A DNA stretch of 64,000 nt, from assembly GCF_006345805.1 (NCBI RefSeq), contig NC_043011.1:9486001-9550000 (forward strand). Direction: 5' to 3'. The number at the start of each line of letters is the position of its first letter. Position 1 is the stretch's first letter. The notes under the pieces were generated by a model. It was not told the origin of the DNA. It ran no database searches and was given only the letters and a program-made list of their open reading frames with translations. A program made the position numbers and the translations under genes. The DNA comes from Octopus sinensis. Its lineage: Eukaryota. Below are positions 1-11,853 of this stretch, one piece after another.

Positions 1-76
1 CTGTAGAACAAAGAATTATTGTTTTATTAGACCCCAGTCTTTGTGGATAATGCAGCTCATTACTGAATTAAAATAG

Positions 77-299
77 GAGTTGGCAAAAACTGGTAAAATC
101 ATTAAAGCATCAGATAAAATGCTTTTACGGCATTTGTTCAGATTCTTTATCTTGTAAAATCAATTACCACGGAGGTCAACTTGGTCTCTCATCCTTCTTG
201 GATCTATAAAGTACCAGTCAAGTACTGGGGTCAATTTAATCAACTACTCCCCTTCACCAAATTTTGAACTTGTACCTTCTTTAGAAACTATTATTATTG

Positions 300-339
<40 letters not shown>

Positions 340-357
340 CATCATTATCATTATTAT
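77..357 (+). mobile_element. Degenerate tRNA-derived SINE (family B, AAT/ATT tail)
   Basis: Core gaggtcaacttggtctctcatcc...aagtaccagtcaagtactggggtcaat matches the better-preserved copies at 38.9-39.8 kb; ends in (ATT)n at 286-357. Confidence 0.6.
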
Positions 358-2149
358 GGTTAGTCTCTTCTGGAGGATTTTCAGGCCAGGGATTAGAGCA
401 GATAATTTCTGAATATATTCTACTCTGGCAGTACTATCAAGGGGCACTATTAGGGCAGGTAAACTCACCAGGCAGGGAAGTGCTGCTACTGGGGAGACTG
501 GGTTGCATCCAAAGCTACAAAACAGGGCTGCATGCCCTCATGCAGTGTCCGAGTGTTGCTGAGTCGTAGAGTTATTATGAACAGCTGTTGTTGCATGTCT
601 GATGGATCCAACAACCAGCTGAGTCCATCTTTATAATCAAGGTGATCAATAGGACTCCTTGATTGACTGTGATTAGAAGCTCCTCCTGTATCAGGAAGTC
701 TGCATTAGCCCTGTATTCACATATTTTGTATACTGTGTTATATATTTCCATCTCATTTCTCCTCACTTGGTTTTATGCAACCCTACCGGCCAAACACACA
801 CTGCTAGTAATTTTCTTGTACAGTGCCACCTCATCTGGGAATAGAATCAGTCTTTACAAACTCTACACCCACAGCAATATGCAATACGCTCCTCACTAGA
901 AATCAATAATAATTACATGAACAGAATAAATAGATGTGATATTATCAAGTCCGAGATTGAATTAATTACCAGTTTTTAATTAAAATGTTCATAATGTGTT
1001 AAATCACAATTTTTGACAAATCTAATGAATATTAAATAAGTATTAATTATTGAGTAGATTTTAAAAATTTTGAAACAAGAAAAAAAAAAAATTAAATCTA
1101 TTTTGAAATTAGGTTTAACAATGAGGAAATATTTCTGATAAACCCAAGATTTTTGTAATAATTATTTCTATGTATATTTTGTAACTATTTGAACATGGAG
1201 GAAATATTCTAGAAACATTTTTATTGATAACTTTCTTTGGTAGACAAGAGTTAACTAGTTTGTTTCTTTAGAAAAAACCCCAAAACAACTGAAAACCCTG
1301 AAGGTCTAAGATGTAGTGGATGATTCTCTGACCATTATTTGCAGCTGCTTCAATTTGGTTCAAGTTCTGAAGAGATTACTCATGGTACTCCAAGATATTC
1401 CACATGATTTTAACTTGATACTCCATAATATTCACTCATTAACAGCAGCTTAAAACTTAACATTTTATGTCAGTTAATAATTAATGCACTTATAATGGGA
1501 GACGGGACTTGATTTGGGTCTAAATTACAGCAAATTGGTTCTCCAATTTGGAATGAGTGCATAGAAATCTTTTTAATTCGGTATTCATCATCATCATCAC
1601 CACCACTACCAACAACATCACTGTTGTCGTCACCACCTCCGCCGCTGCGACCATCATCACCATCAGAGAGACTGAGGCAGAAGATGGAGGAATTTAATGA
1701 GTGCAGTGAGATCAATGAAGGAAAGAGAGGCTGGAGGGTAGCAGGGAGGTAGAGGGAAGAGGGAAAGCATTCCAGAAGGGAAGAGAGGGGTAGGAAGAAA
1801 AGCTAGAGGGCACCCTAGAGACAGGAGGTGTTGGGTGGCGTAGTGGGAGGGAGTGTGCCGGTTGGTAATAGATTAGGATCAATATAACACATGAGAAGGT
1901 GGTGGCGGTGGGGCTGGGGAAGTGATGGAAGTTTTGGAAGGGTGTGAGTGTGAGGATAGAAAAGCGAGGTAGGAGATGAGTTTGATGGGGAACCCATACG
2001 TCTATATCAATAGAAATATCACTTCCTCATGTGTTAAGGTGGATGTTGTTTATAACAAATGTAATGTTTGTGTGTGTATAATACACCTACTCTTTATGCA
2101 TACATAAATGATGATGGTGATGGTGATGGCGACATCTATATGTAACTAC

Positions 2150-2700
2150 TTGTCCTCCACCCAGCAAATTTTTCCTCCAGCCACTGATTTGCAGCTATTT
2201 AAGAAGAGCTAAATGGGTCTCTGAGGGTGAAGACGAAGGGAACATCCCTGTCCCTTTGGACCAATTCAATAATATATAAACAGGTAAAAGCTATCTTGAT
2301 GTATCAACCAGGTAATATGAGTAGCTGTGGAGGTGTTAGCAATGGTGTTAATGACAATTTCAGTAAGAAATGTAGAAGTGAGGATGTTTTCTTTCCTAAC
2401 AGGGAAATACCATCTGCAGACTGAAGAAACAACAACAACAGAAGCATTTCAGAACTGCCTGAATATTGAATTGTTTTGAGAGAAGTCAATAAATTAGATA
2501 TTGTGGTGTTGGTGGTGGGCATTGAAATAGGAATTTGGAAAAAAATCAATGGACTTTTAAAATGACAGTGTGGAGGGAAAACACACACAATAAAATAGCT
2601 GAAAGCACTGAGTATCTTCAAATGACATTTTCATTACAGCAAAATTATTCTTTCAGAAATGGTTTTTTATGTAAACTGATTGCCAGATTAACATAAATAA
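2150..2700 (-). pseudogene. Highly decayed CR1/L2-like LINE RT remnant
   Basis: Broken minus-strand peptides SVLSAILL (cf. GSVLSPTLF), LLTSLKTIQYSG (cf. LTSDLSKISDWG) and LLTPPQLLIL (cf. FSPPQLLTLY); many stops. Confidence 0.3.
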
Positions 2701-2985
2701 GACATATAGTCTCCAGTGAAAACCTTACTATTGCAGCCATTATTATCATGACAAGGTAGATAATCCTGTTTACCTCAGTCTACCTGGCTGACAATGAAGC
2801 TCCAGCTCAACTTCATCATTGATGGATTAATAGGTAGATAATGGCGGTGATGGTGGGGTAATTAGTGGGGAAATAAACCAGATAACAATCCCTGTAAAAT
2901 GTCCAAATTTATCTTCACAGAAGAAACATTGACAGAGGAAAGTAGAAACTCTTTGTTGAAAGTATCTAACTTTTTAGCACAAGTG

Positions 2986-3035
<50 letters not shown>
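2986..3035. repeat. (AAT)n microsatellite
   Basis: Directly visible perfect trinucleotide run. Confidence 0.95.
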
Positions 3036-3379
3036 TGATCATTTATTGTTGTAATTAATAAAAGAGAAGGAATGTGATGATAATTAATGTGGCTTGTTAG
3101 ATTGAAAAGTGGTAAACAAAGAAAGTGAGAAAATAGTAAAAGAGCAGGGCCAAACTCCAAACAGGAATTCATCTGGAATTGCGTTAATGTTATCATCCCA
3201 ATTGTAATAGGAGTGTTAGCAACAACTGCAAGAAATCTGAATTGTTGATTAAGGACGTTGGATAACGAGATGAATTTTCTGATTCTATAAGAAACCTGTT
3301 TGCCTGGTCCAAGGACAGTATAAGAGTGCAAAATACATGAGGTTGTAGGATACACCTTGATAGCTAGTGGTCTAACAGT

Positions 3380-3725
3380 GTCAAATGCCAGTTTGGGTGG
3401 CTAACTATTAAGTCCTTGTCCTGTAGTTACCTGCAAGGAGGTGAATGTCAGTGGTACCCCACCTGACACAAATTACCCTCAGCCAGGTTGATTTACTTCC
3501 TAACCAGTGGTGTTCTAACTCTTTCAGTAACTTTCATAACTTGTTCCATCAATCTGATGTTGCAAGAAGATGACATTGCTGTACCAGTTATTAACTGGGA
3601 CACTTCCCTAATTGAACACCTAACTGACAACAATATGATGACCAACATCCCAGCAATTATCTTTGATGGTCCACCTCTCTTATTGACCTTCATTTCTTTC
3701 CTTATTTGCACTTCCTGCAAGAAAT
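3380..3725 (-). pseudogene. Old RTE-clade LINE RT fragment
   Basis: KEMKVNKRGGPSKIIAGML (cf. KMKTGKAPGPSGITAEML) and NIRLMEQVMKVTERV, which matches IKLLDQVMKVTERV encoded by the younger copy at 5550-5590; GTTD motif follows in a shifted frame. Confidence 0.75.
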
Positions 3726-4273
3726 AGTTAACCCCTAATCAGAGTACCCTACTATTTTGAAAAAGAGAGACATTGTGTGTTGTAGTCCTAGATACACAAT
3801 ACCTGAGAAAATGACAGGATGGTGATGGCTGGAACACCTTTATCCCCATCAGAGCAACACACATTTCTCTCATATATTAATTATTTTAAAACAACTAATT
3901 GCAAACTAAAATCTATGAAAACAATACAAAAAACAACTCATAAAAGTGGACCAAAAAAATATCTAATCGGATATTGTAAATTATGATTGGGAATTAGTGT
4001 TTATAAATACATTTGATAATGGAGATTAAATAGCATATAAATGTATAAAAAATATGTACAACATGAACATGATATATATATATATATATATATCATCATC
4101 ATCATCATCATCATCATCGTTTAACGTCCGCTTTCCATGCTAGCATGGGTTGGACGGTTCAACTGGGGTCTGGGAAGCCCGAAGGCTGCACCAGGCAGTC
4201 AGATGTGGCAGTGTTTCTACAGCTGGATGCCCTTCCTAACGCCAACCACTCCGAGAGTGTAGTGGGTGATTTT

Positions 4274-4657
4274 ATGTGCCACCGACACAGGTGCCAGACG
4301 AGGCTGGCAGACGGCCACGCTCGGATGGTGTTTTTTATGTGCCACCGACACAGGTGCCAGACGAGGCTGGCAGACGGCCACGCTCGGATGGTGTTTTTTA
4401 TGTGCCACCGACACAGGTGCCAGACGAGGCTGGCAGACGGCCACGCTCGGATGGTGTTTTTTATGTGCCACCGACACAGGTGCCAGACGAGGCTGGCAGA
4501 CGGCCACGCTCGGATGGTGTTTTCTTATGTGTCACCGACACAGGTGCTAGACGAGGCTGGCGGACGGCCACGCTCGGATGGTGTTTGTTACGTGCCCTCA
4601 GCACGGAGGCCAGTCATTGCGGTACTGGCTACGGTCACGTTCGGATGGTTTTCTTAT
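4274..4657. repeat. 63-bp tandem repeat (5 near-identical units plus 1 diverged) inside the RTE 3' UTR
   Basis: Unit atgtgccaccgacacaggtgccagacgaggctggcagacggccacgctcggatggtgtttttt starts at 4274, 4337, 4400, 4463, 4527 and 4590. Confidence 0.97.
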
Positions 4658-4851
4658 GTGCCACCGGCACTGGTACCACAAGGATACAAATTTCATTGAT
4701 GTTCATCTATTTTGATTTGGTTCGATTTGATTTGATACGATTCGATTCGATTCTCACTTGCCTCAACAGGTCTTCACAAGTGTCACAAGAAGGAAGGTAT
4801 GCACAGGTGGACTGACTACGTCCCAGGTAGGGGCCACGGATTATGGCTTCA

Positions 4852-5600
4852 CTAGTCTTGCCGGGTCTTCTCACGCACAGCATACTTCCATAGGTCTCGG
4901 TCTCTAGTCATTTCCATGGTGAGACCTAACGTCCGAAGGTCGTGCTTCACCACCTCGTCCCAGGTTTTCCTGGGTCTACCTCTTCCACGGGTTCCCTCAA
5001 CTGCTAGGGATTGGCACTTTCTCACACACCTCTCTTCATCCATTCTCGCCACATGACCATACCAGCGCAATCGTCTCTCTTGCACACAACAACTGATGCT
5101 TCAGCGATTAGAGCGAGGTCGTCAGCATAGAGGAGCTCCCAGGGGCAACCAGTCTTGAATTCCTCCGTTATTGCCTGGAGGACTATGATAAATAGGAGGG
5201 GGCTGAGTACTGAACCCTGGTGGACCCCAACCTCTACTTTGAATTCTTCTGTGTACATGTTGCCAACTCTAACCTTACTTACGGCATCTCTGTACATGGC
5301 TTGCACAGCCCTCACCAGCCATTCATCTATCCCTAGTTTCCTCATTGACCACCAGATGAGGGATCGGGGGACCCTATCAAAGGCTTTCTCCATGTCAACA
5401 AAAGCCAGGTACAGGGGCTTATCCTTGGCTAGGTATTTCTCCTGCAGCTGCCTTACCAGGATATAGCATCAGTGGTGCTTTTCCCTGGGACAAACCCAAA
5501 CTGCATCTCATCTAACTAACTCTCTCTCTAATTAGTTGGGCTAAGACCCTCTCCGTAACCTTCATTACCTGATCCAACAGCTTGATACCTCTGTAATTAT
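4852..5600 (-). pseudogene. RTE reverse transcriptase ORF remnant (frameshift near 5460, deletion junction at 5101/5102)
   Basis: ORF track 5022-5393 and 4852-5085; YADDLALIAE is joined directly to the C-terminal CVQERRLRWYGH region. Confidence 0.9.
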
Positions 5601-6391
5601 TTATATATATATATATATAATATATAATATATATATATATATATGTATATGTATATATATATCATCATATATTAAAATATATAGAACAGGATATATATAA
5701 AATATATATATACCAAATACATGATAAATATATAAAAATACGTGAAGTAACAGAAAATGCTCAAATTTGGTTTAGTTTCTAAAAGCACTCTTAGAAAGAA
5801 ACAGACATATAATCCTGATGTAATCATAATGAGAGAGAGGAGATGGGTATAAATCCCCCCCCACCACCACCACCAGCCTTATACTATAATCACAGCAAGA
5901 GGTGGGGTGTACAACTCACCCACCCTCCCCACATTGTAAGTCAAGAGTAGTCTTCCTGTATTTTTAATTAGCTGCCTGAAAAGCTTATCAAATCAATAAA
6001 TAATATATACTCTGTGTGGCTATCTACATGCGCACACACACCCACTGGTACGTATGTGTATATATGTATCATATTAAGAGTTAGTGAACTGAAAATTATC
6101 TTATCCAATTAAATGATTGAAATAACAACAAAAATAATACTAAGCTAGTGATAGAAGCAAAGGTTAACGAACGCAACATCAGTCAACATTGATAGTTTTA
6201 AGAAGCTACTTGACCTGCTCCAGATTGGAAGCGAAATCTCCCCCAAGCAAAACTCCAATATTTTATAGAAGCCAGATGTAATAATACCAGTTAAGCTCTT
6301 CTCTCATTCACTCATTGTAATACCATGAACATTAGAACAGGACTTTCTTTCTCTCTTTTATTTCTGGGGTTGTCACAACATAAAACATATG

Positions 6392-7316
6392 CACGTGCTG
6401 GCATCAAAAAGTTCTCAGACTAGTTCTGTCATGTGCCAACAGATGGCGGCTCTCCGTTGCATGTGCAGTGACCTTGATGAGGCTGAGTGTGCTGAGTGAC
6501 ATTGTTGTGTTTACTTTGCAAGTTGTGAATTTTGTGTTTTGGGGATCCCGTGTGGGTCTGCCGTAGTCTGGCTCTTTGTTCTTGTCCATGACAAAATCAC
6601 AAAGTGAAATTTTGAGTTAAACTTGGGAAATCTTCTATGGAGACATTGAGCATGCTTCAGCAAGCTTACAGTGATGAGACAATGGGGGTTGTTCACGATG
6701 TTTCGAGAGGCACAGGGGCTTCAAAAGCAGAAGAATGTTCCTGGAAGACAATGAGCAATCTGGAAGAACTGCCACAAGGTGTCACTCCCCACCCCGGATA
6801 TGGGGTATTGTGCATTGAAAATTCCTTCCCCAAGGCCAGACCATCAATCAAGAGTTCTATTGGGATGTTTTGAAGCATTTGAAGAAAGACATTTGGTGAA
6901 AGTGACCAGATCTGTGGAGTGCAAAGAACCGAATCCTTCATGATAACAGTGCCCCCTATCACTGAGCTTCCTTCACTTGTGAGGATTTTTTTTTCTTTTT
7001 GCCAAAAACAGTGTCGCTTCCACACCAGCCCTATTCACCATATTTAGCACCTGAGGACTTCCATCTTTTCCCCAAGATGAAAATGCAGCTCAAAGCTCAC
7101 CATTTTAACATCATGGTCAAGATCCAGTGTGAATCACAGAACTTGCTTACGGAAAACGACTTCCAGGCCCCAGATTCCAAAAGTGGCAGGAATGCAGGGG
7201 CTGGGGTATTGCTGCACAGCGTGACTATTTTGAAGGAGATGATGTTACAACTTGGGTAAATAAGTTATTTTTTATTAAAAATAACTTGTCTGGGAACCTT
7301 TAGACGTCACCTTGTA
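6392..7316 (+). mobile_element. Decayed mariner (Tc1/mariner) DNA transposon
   Basis: Imperfect 30-bp TIRs (cacgtgctggcatcaaaaagttctcagact vs revcomp of 7287-7316, about 20/30 identical by hand); transposase relics KLGKSSMETLSMLQQAY, LHDN, LPHQPYSPYLAPEDFHLFPKMK and DYFEGD; frameshifted. Confidence 0.9.
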
Positions 7317-8051
7317 ATATGTAGCTGAAGATGTGTCTTTATGGACCAATATAGTTGTAGTTCCTTTGCCAGAAGGCCAAATAGCTTTCTCCCATTCCTC
7401 TCTTGTACTTGGACACCAATCTATTTTTGGTAAGAGCTGCTACCTATTCTCATAAAGTAGATGAGCTAAGTCATGTAGAATGAAATGTTCTGTCCTGCCA
7501 TATAAACTCCTATGATGATTTTCAGGTGGAGAATCTATAAAGCAGGCATCTAATGGCCAAGGTCGATCTACTCAGTCTATCAGGTTTTCAAAGTAAGAGG
7601 AAAGCATTGAAAATATTTCGCCTTCACACTGTAAAGCTTGATCAGGTCAGTCTGGTGGATTCCATTATTTCTTTTTACCAATATTCATGACAAATAATTG
7701 AATTTAAAATTTTGAGATATGTTAAGTACAGTGCTGTGGCACTTTCCACATCCATGGTAACTATTTGCAGCCACATGGCCTGAGCCAGTTCAAATGAAAT
7801 GTGTTTGCCAGTAAAATTAGAAATGAACTAGCAAACCTTTGGCTGCTAAGTTTGTGCTAATACAATTAATATAAAAAATAAAATGATTTTAACTAATGAA
7901 GGCTCACTTCCCCTCTCCCACCCCATTGTGATAAAAAGGGAGAAACATAAGTTGAAATTATAAAAAAGAGCAAAACAGGTAAGGGAAATAACTCTAAAAT
8001 CTAAATTAAGCATGCTGTGAGAGGAAGATCTTTAGCAAGTAAGGTCATAAC

Positions 8052-8090
8052 TCTAGACATGTTTTGATCTTATTTAACCTCATCAGCAGA
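8052..8090 (-). ncRNA. Degenerate minimal type-I hammerhead-ribozyme-like motif
   Basis: Minus strand reads TCTG-CTGATGA-GGTT-aaataa-GATC-aAAAC-AT-GTC-TAGA: stem I TCTG/TAGA, stem II GGTT/GATC, palindromic stem III ACATGT, GUC triplet; G12 is replaced by A. Confidence 0.5.
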
Positions 8091-8999
8091 CCTGCGATTC
8101 TAGAAACGACTCCATTGATGTAGATGAGCCATTGTGTCTAACAGCCAACTGACTCAGCTGTGTCTTTGTAAACATGAATGCAATCACTATATTGGGAGAT
8201 GAACCACTGACAGTTGAATTAGCAGTCTAAAACTGTATCATCTGACCAACTACAAATTCTGCCGATGAATAACTACAATTTCGATATCTATTGCTGACTG
8301 TGTGAAATGGACTGAAACCTCAATGAAAAGCTAAACCTAAGCTGTGACAATGTCGGTAGAAGAAGGTGTAGCTATTTCCTGTTTAAACAACTGAAATGAA
8401 ATAAATACATCATTAAACAAGGTACCTGATATATTCTGATAGATCAAGTTTTCATTGAAATGATTGCGTATATTAGCAATTAAGCCAGTTTCGTCTAAAC
8501 CACATATCCAAATCTGATGTTCAATAGTTATTGATTGCAGCTGCCAAACAATTTCATTATTTGATTACCTCATATTTCAGGATAATAACAAAGTCCAACC
8601 TTTGTAAGTCACCTTACGACTAATTACTCTTGCTATTAACCTGGTTTTAACAACCTACCAGGCTTCTGAGTTTGTGTGTGCTGCAGAGACTCTTTGGTTT
8701 CTCTTTAATATAACAAAAACCACATGAAAGGCTTACAGTTTAAGCTAAAATAAGCCTCCCTCGTCCAACTAGAGAACATCTAAGAAAGAGCAAATCAAAG
8801 CTCCCTCAATTGCCTTTCAGTAAAAATAATAACAAAAGGTGGAACTTTAATGTTGTCCTAGTCACACTGAATGTAAGTGGGGATGGTCGTTAGTGGAATT
8901 GCTTTGATGATTTGCTGAGTCAGGACTGACCAGGAGTTAAACAACAATTACAACAATATCTATTACAGAAATGAATTAATAATTCCAATTCGACTGGAA

Positions 9000-9330
9000 G
9001 GATCTTTCAAGACATCATCATGTCCATCGTGTTGAGAATCTCAGAAGGTGGGTGGCTGATCAATTAACTTAGTATTTCTCATGGAGGAGAGATGGGGTTT
9101 GAATTGAAAAGATGGCAGACAAATTGCCATGTTTAGGGGGATTCTGGTTTTTAAATTTGTCCAAAACCATACTGGTGAATACAGAAGAATTCTAGGGGTA
9201 TAAATTGTCGTTTGTGTTCTGAGAATAAAAAGGGAAGTGAATAATATTTGGGCAAGGATGGTGGTAGTATTTATCTGTCTGACAGCCACCATTGTTCTTT
9301 TAACTCATTGGTAGAGGTCTAACTCGTGCA
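9000..9330 (-). pseudogene. Decayed CR1-like LINE ORF2 C-terminal remnant
   Basis: PRILLYSPVW..MRNTKLIDQPPTF resembles IRPSLEYCSHIW..KAIRLIDDP. Confidence 0.3.
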
Positions 9331-9686
9331 CTGTTGGATGTAATGAAGGGCATATTTCTGTGGAGGACAAGGAGACCTGAAGATATTGGCTGATGTTATT
9401 TGCACATTAATACAGTGATCAGTCTGTGTGACTATTGAATGGGGTAGTCACATGTGGATTGATAAACAATGCAACTATTACTAACTGCCATTGTATAACT
9501 TTAAATGGTTTCCTCAAAAGTTTTACAGTTTTTGATGATCATCTCCACTTATGTCTAGACATGACAGTAATTTTGTAGTAAAGAACCAAACTGACTCATC
9601 TGAAGAATTACTTCCTAATTTCAATGTCTGGCATTTTTCTGAAGCATTTTCAGATGATTGATATGAAACAGTGAAATGACGTTCAA

Positions 9687-9915
9687 CATCATCATCATCG
9701 TTTAATGTCCGCTTTCCATGCTAGCATGGGTTGGACGATTTTGACTGAGGGCTGGCGAACCAGATGGCTGCAACAGGCTCCAATCTGGCAGAGTTTCTAC
9801 AGTTGGATGTCCTTCCTAACGCCAACCACTCTGAGAGTGTAGTGGGTGCTTTTTACGTGCCACCAGCACGGGGGCCAGTCAGGCGGTACTGGCAATGACC
9901 TCGCTCGAGGCGACG
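9687..9915 (-). mobile_element. RTE LINE 3' UTR fragment (GAT tail)
   Basis: catcatcatcgtttaatgtccgctttccatgctagcatgggttgg...ggatgtccttcctaacgccaaccact matches 4093-4275. Confidence 0.85.
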
Positions 9916-10702
9916 TTCAGTTTATTTTAATGGCACCAGGCTGTGCCACTAAACTGATTGTAGCAGGATTACTGGAGTCATGCCACTTGACACAAAGTCA
10001 CACTCATTTGCTCTCACATGCAAATAAAAGGTTTCTCCCAACCTAAAGCTTAAACCCTGGAAGCAGCAACACTAGACAGGGAACTGCTATAAGCATTGTG
10101 TTGTGTCCCATGGATAAACCAGACAAGTCATAGGAGTATCTAAGCTGGAGTATATTCAGGAGTGTCTTGGTTATAGAAAATTTGCTCCAACTGTCTGAAA
10201 ATACTCCTTTTATTGTGGAAAAATGCAGACACAGAACTTCCTTACTTTTTTAATAGTAGTAATTCCTAATGATTATATCAATTATCTTTGTTAATTAGTT
10301 CTAATGACTGTATTATACAAAGCATCAGCTCTAGTTTCTTCTGCTGTCATCACCTACAAATGCAGTCCATGCTGGAGCAAGTTCTATTTATCATACATTT
10401 TAGACTCAACACATTGAAAATATGTAAAGCACAGGCATCACCAATATCTATGCTCATTAGATAAAACAAATCTCCTTCAATCATTCTCATCCTCATCATT
10501 TAATGTCTGTTTCCCATGCTGGACTCATTACTGTGGCTACCACTACCACCACAACAGCAGCAACCACAAAACTCTTTCCTCCAAATCTCTTTGTAAGATT
10601 TCTCTGTCAAATAGACATAAACTGGTTCAATACTTAAATTGTGCAAACTTAGAAAGAGACACAACACAAACAATATGGAAAAGAATAAGAAAACGTAATG
10701 AT

Positions 10703-10870
10703 AATAATAATATCAAGAGCACTCAGAGAGCGCAAACCTCTGCCAAGGCATCACCAACATCCTCTCAATGATTAGCCAGAGAGGATTTTTAAAATGAGAA
10801 TATCGGAAATAAACTCAACTGCTCTCACAAGCGAGATTACTAAAAATGAAGCCGAACCCTCTCAATAATT
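10703..10870. repeat. Unclassified interspersed repeat
   Basis: caagagcactcagagagcgcaaacctctgccaagg terminus resembles a short non-autonomous element end I recall from aquatic invertebrates; family not assignable here. Confidence 0.3.
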
Positions 10871-11177
10871 AAGTAAAAAATAAGTGGAAAAATAATCCAG
10901 AATCCCTTGTCCAGAACTTGATCAATCTCAATGGTAGTAATGGAACGTGAAAGTAGGTGTGCGAGTCATGTTTGTCATGCTGTGTGTTATCTGCAGTGGG
11001 AACAGGGACAGTTTTCTCTATGAAGCCCTTTTTTAGTCTATCCTCTGATATAGTGTCTTCATGACCATTAAGGTCCATAGTGAAAAATTTATCCATGTGT
11101 GAAAGAAAACAAAAAAGGACCTGCATACAGTACTGTTAATGGAGGTTTAACAACATCGTCGCATACAAAAATGTGAG

Positions 11178-11623
11178 CCCAAGAAGTAAATCTTCCTTCA
11201 AAGCAGAGCTAGAACATTCTTCAAAATGGTTCTGACCCTAAATGCAGATTATGCAACACATTTGATGAAATAATAGACCATCTTGTTTCGGGATATCCTT
11301 TGCCGAGACCAAACGAATACAAAAATTGCCACGATAGGGTAGGATAGTATTTATACTGGAAAATATGTAAACACTACAAAATCAACACTCCTGCTGACTG
11401 TTAAGAACATCATCCAGAGCCAGGAGTTGAAGGTAAAAATGTTGCTGTCCTCTGGGATTTTCCAGTCAAAACTGACAGAACAATCCAAGCTAATCGACCA
11501 GACATAATTATTAAAGGCAGAGAAGAAAATACTCGTAGACTAATAGATGTAAGTGTCCCCACTGATAAAAATATATCTGTAAAGGAATTCGACAAATTAA
11601 GTAAATATAAGGACCTGGAAATT
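11178..11623 (+). pseudogene. R4/Dong-clade non-LTR retrotransposon C-terminus (CCHC knuckle plus restriction-like endonuclease)
   Basis: QNGSDPKCRLCNTFDEIIDHLVSGY..HDRVG*YLYWKICKHY..VLWDFPVKTDRTIQANRPDIIIK..RLIDVSVPTDKNISVKEFDKLSKYKDLEI; two in-frame stops; cut off at 11623 by another element. Confidence 0.88.
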
Positions 11624-11802
11624 GTTGTTAACACGTTTTGGCTGATATACCCTCCAGCCTTCATCAGGTGTCTTGGGGAAATTTCGAACCTGGGTTCTCA
11701 TTCCTAAGGTATTTTTCGATGTTGTTGTTATTATTATTATTATTATTATAATAATAATTATTATTATTATTATTGTTATTATTGTTATTGTTATTATTGT
11801 TA

Positions 11803-11850
<48 letters not shown>
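11624..11850 (-). mobile_element. Headless copy of a tRNA-headed element with a hammerhead-like/Penelope-like tail
   Basis: Reverse complement of 11940-12036; carries GACAC-CTGATGA-A-GGCTG-N10-CAGCC-aAAAC-GTGTT; long (AAT)n linker. Confidence 0.75.

Positions 11851-11853
<3 letters not shown>

Larger units (their letters stand above)
4093..5600 (-). mobile_element. 5'-truncated, internally deleted RTE-clade LINE with complete modular 3' UTR and (GAT)n tail
   Basis: RT motifs YRGIKLLDQ, QFGF, AFVDMEKAFDRVP, GVHQGSVLSPLLF, YADDL; C-terminus RRLRWYGHVARM..RGRGRPRKTWDEVVKHDL..EKTRQD*; 3' UTR 4851-4093 ends in GAT repeats; (TA)n on both flanks. Confidence 0.93.

Noticed and set aside
2966-3355. 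ORF with passing resemblance to a cadherin repeat or gypsy RNase H
   Set aside because: No DRE/DxNDN or DAS motifs; the adjacent sequence is explained as a decayed RTE RT.
4145-4815. Overlapping ORFs with 21-aa repeats in several frames
   Set aside because: Artefact of the 63-bp (multiple of 3) tandem repeat in the RTE 3' UTR.
7526-7592. Isolated AG..GT candidate exons (also 45221-45260 and an 8-nt microexon at 17315-17322)
   Set aside because: No recognisable protein similarity; such pairs are expected by chance in 64 kb.
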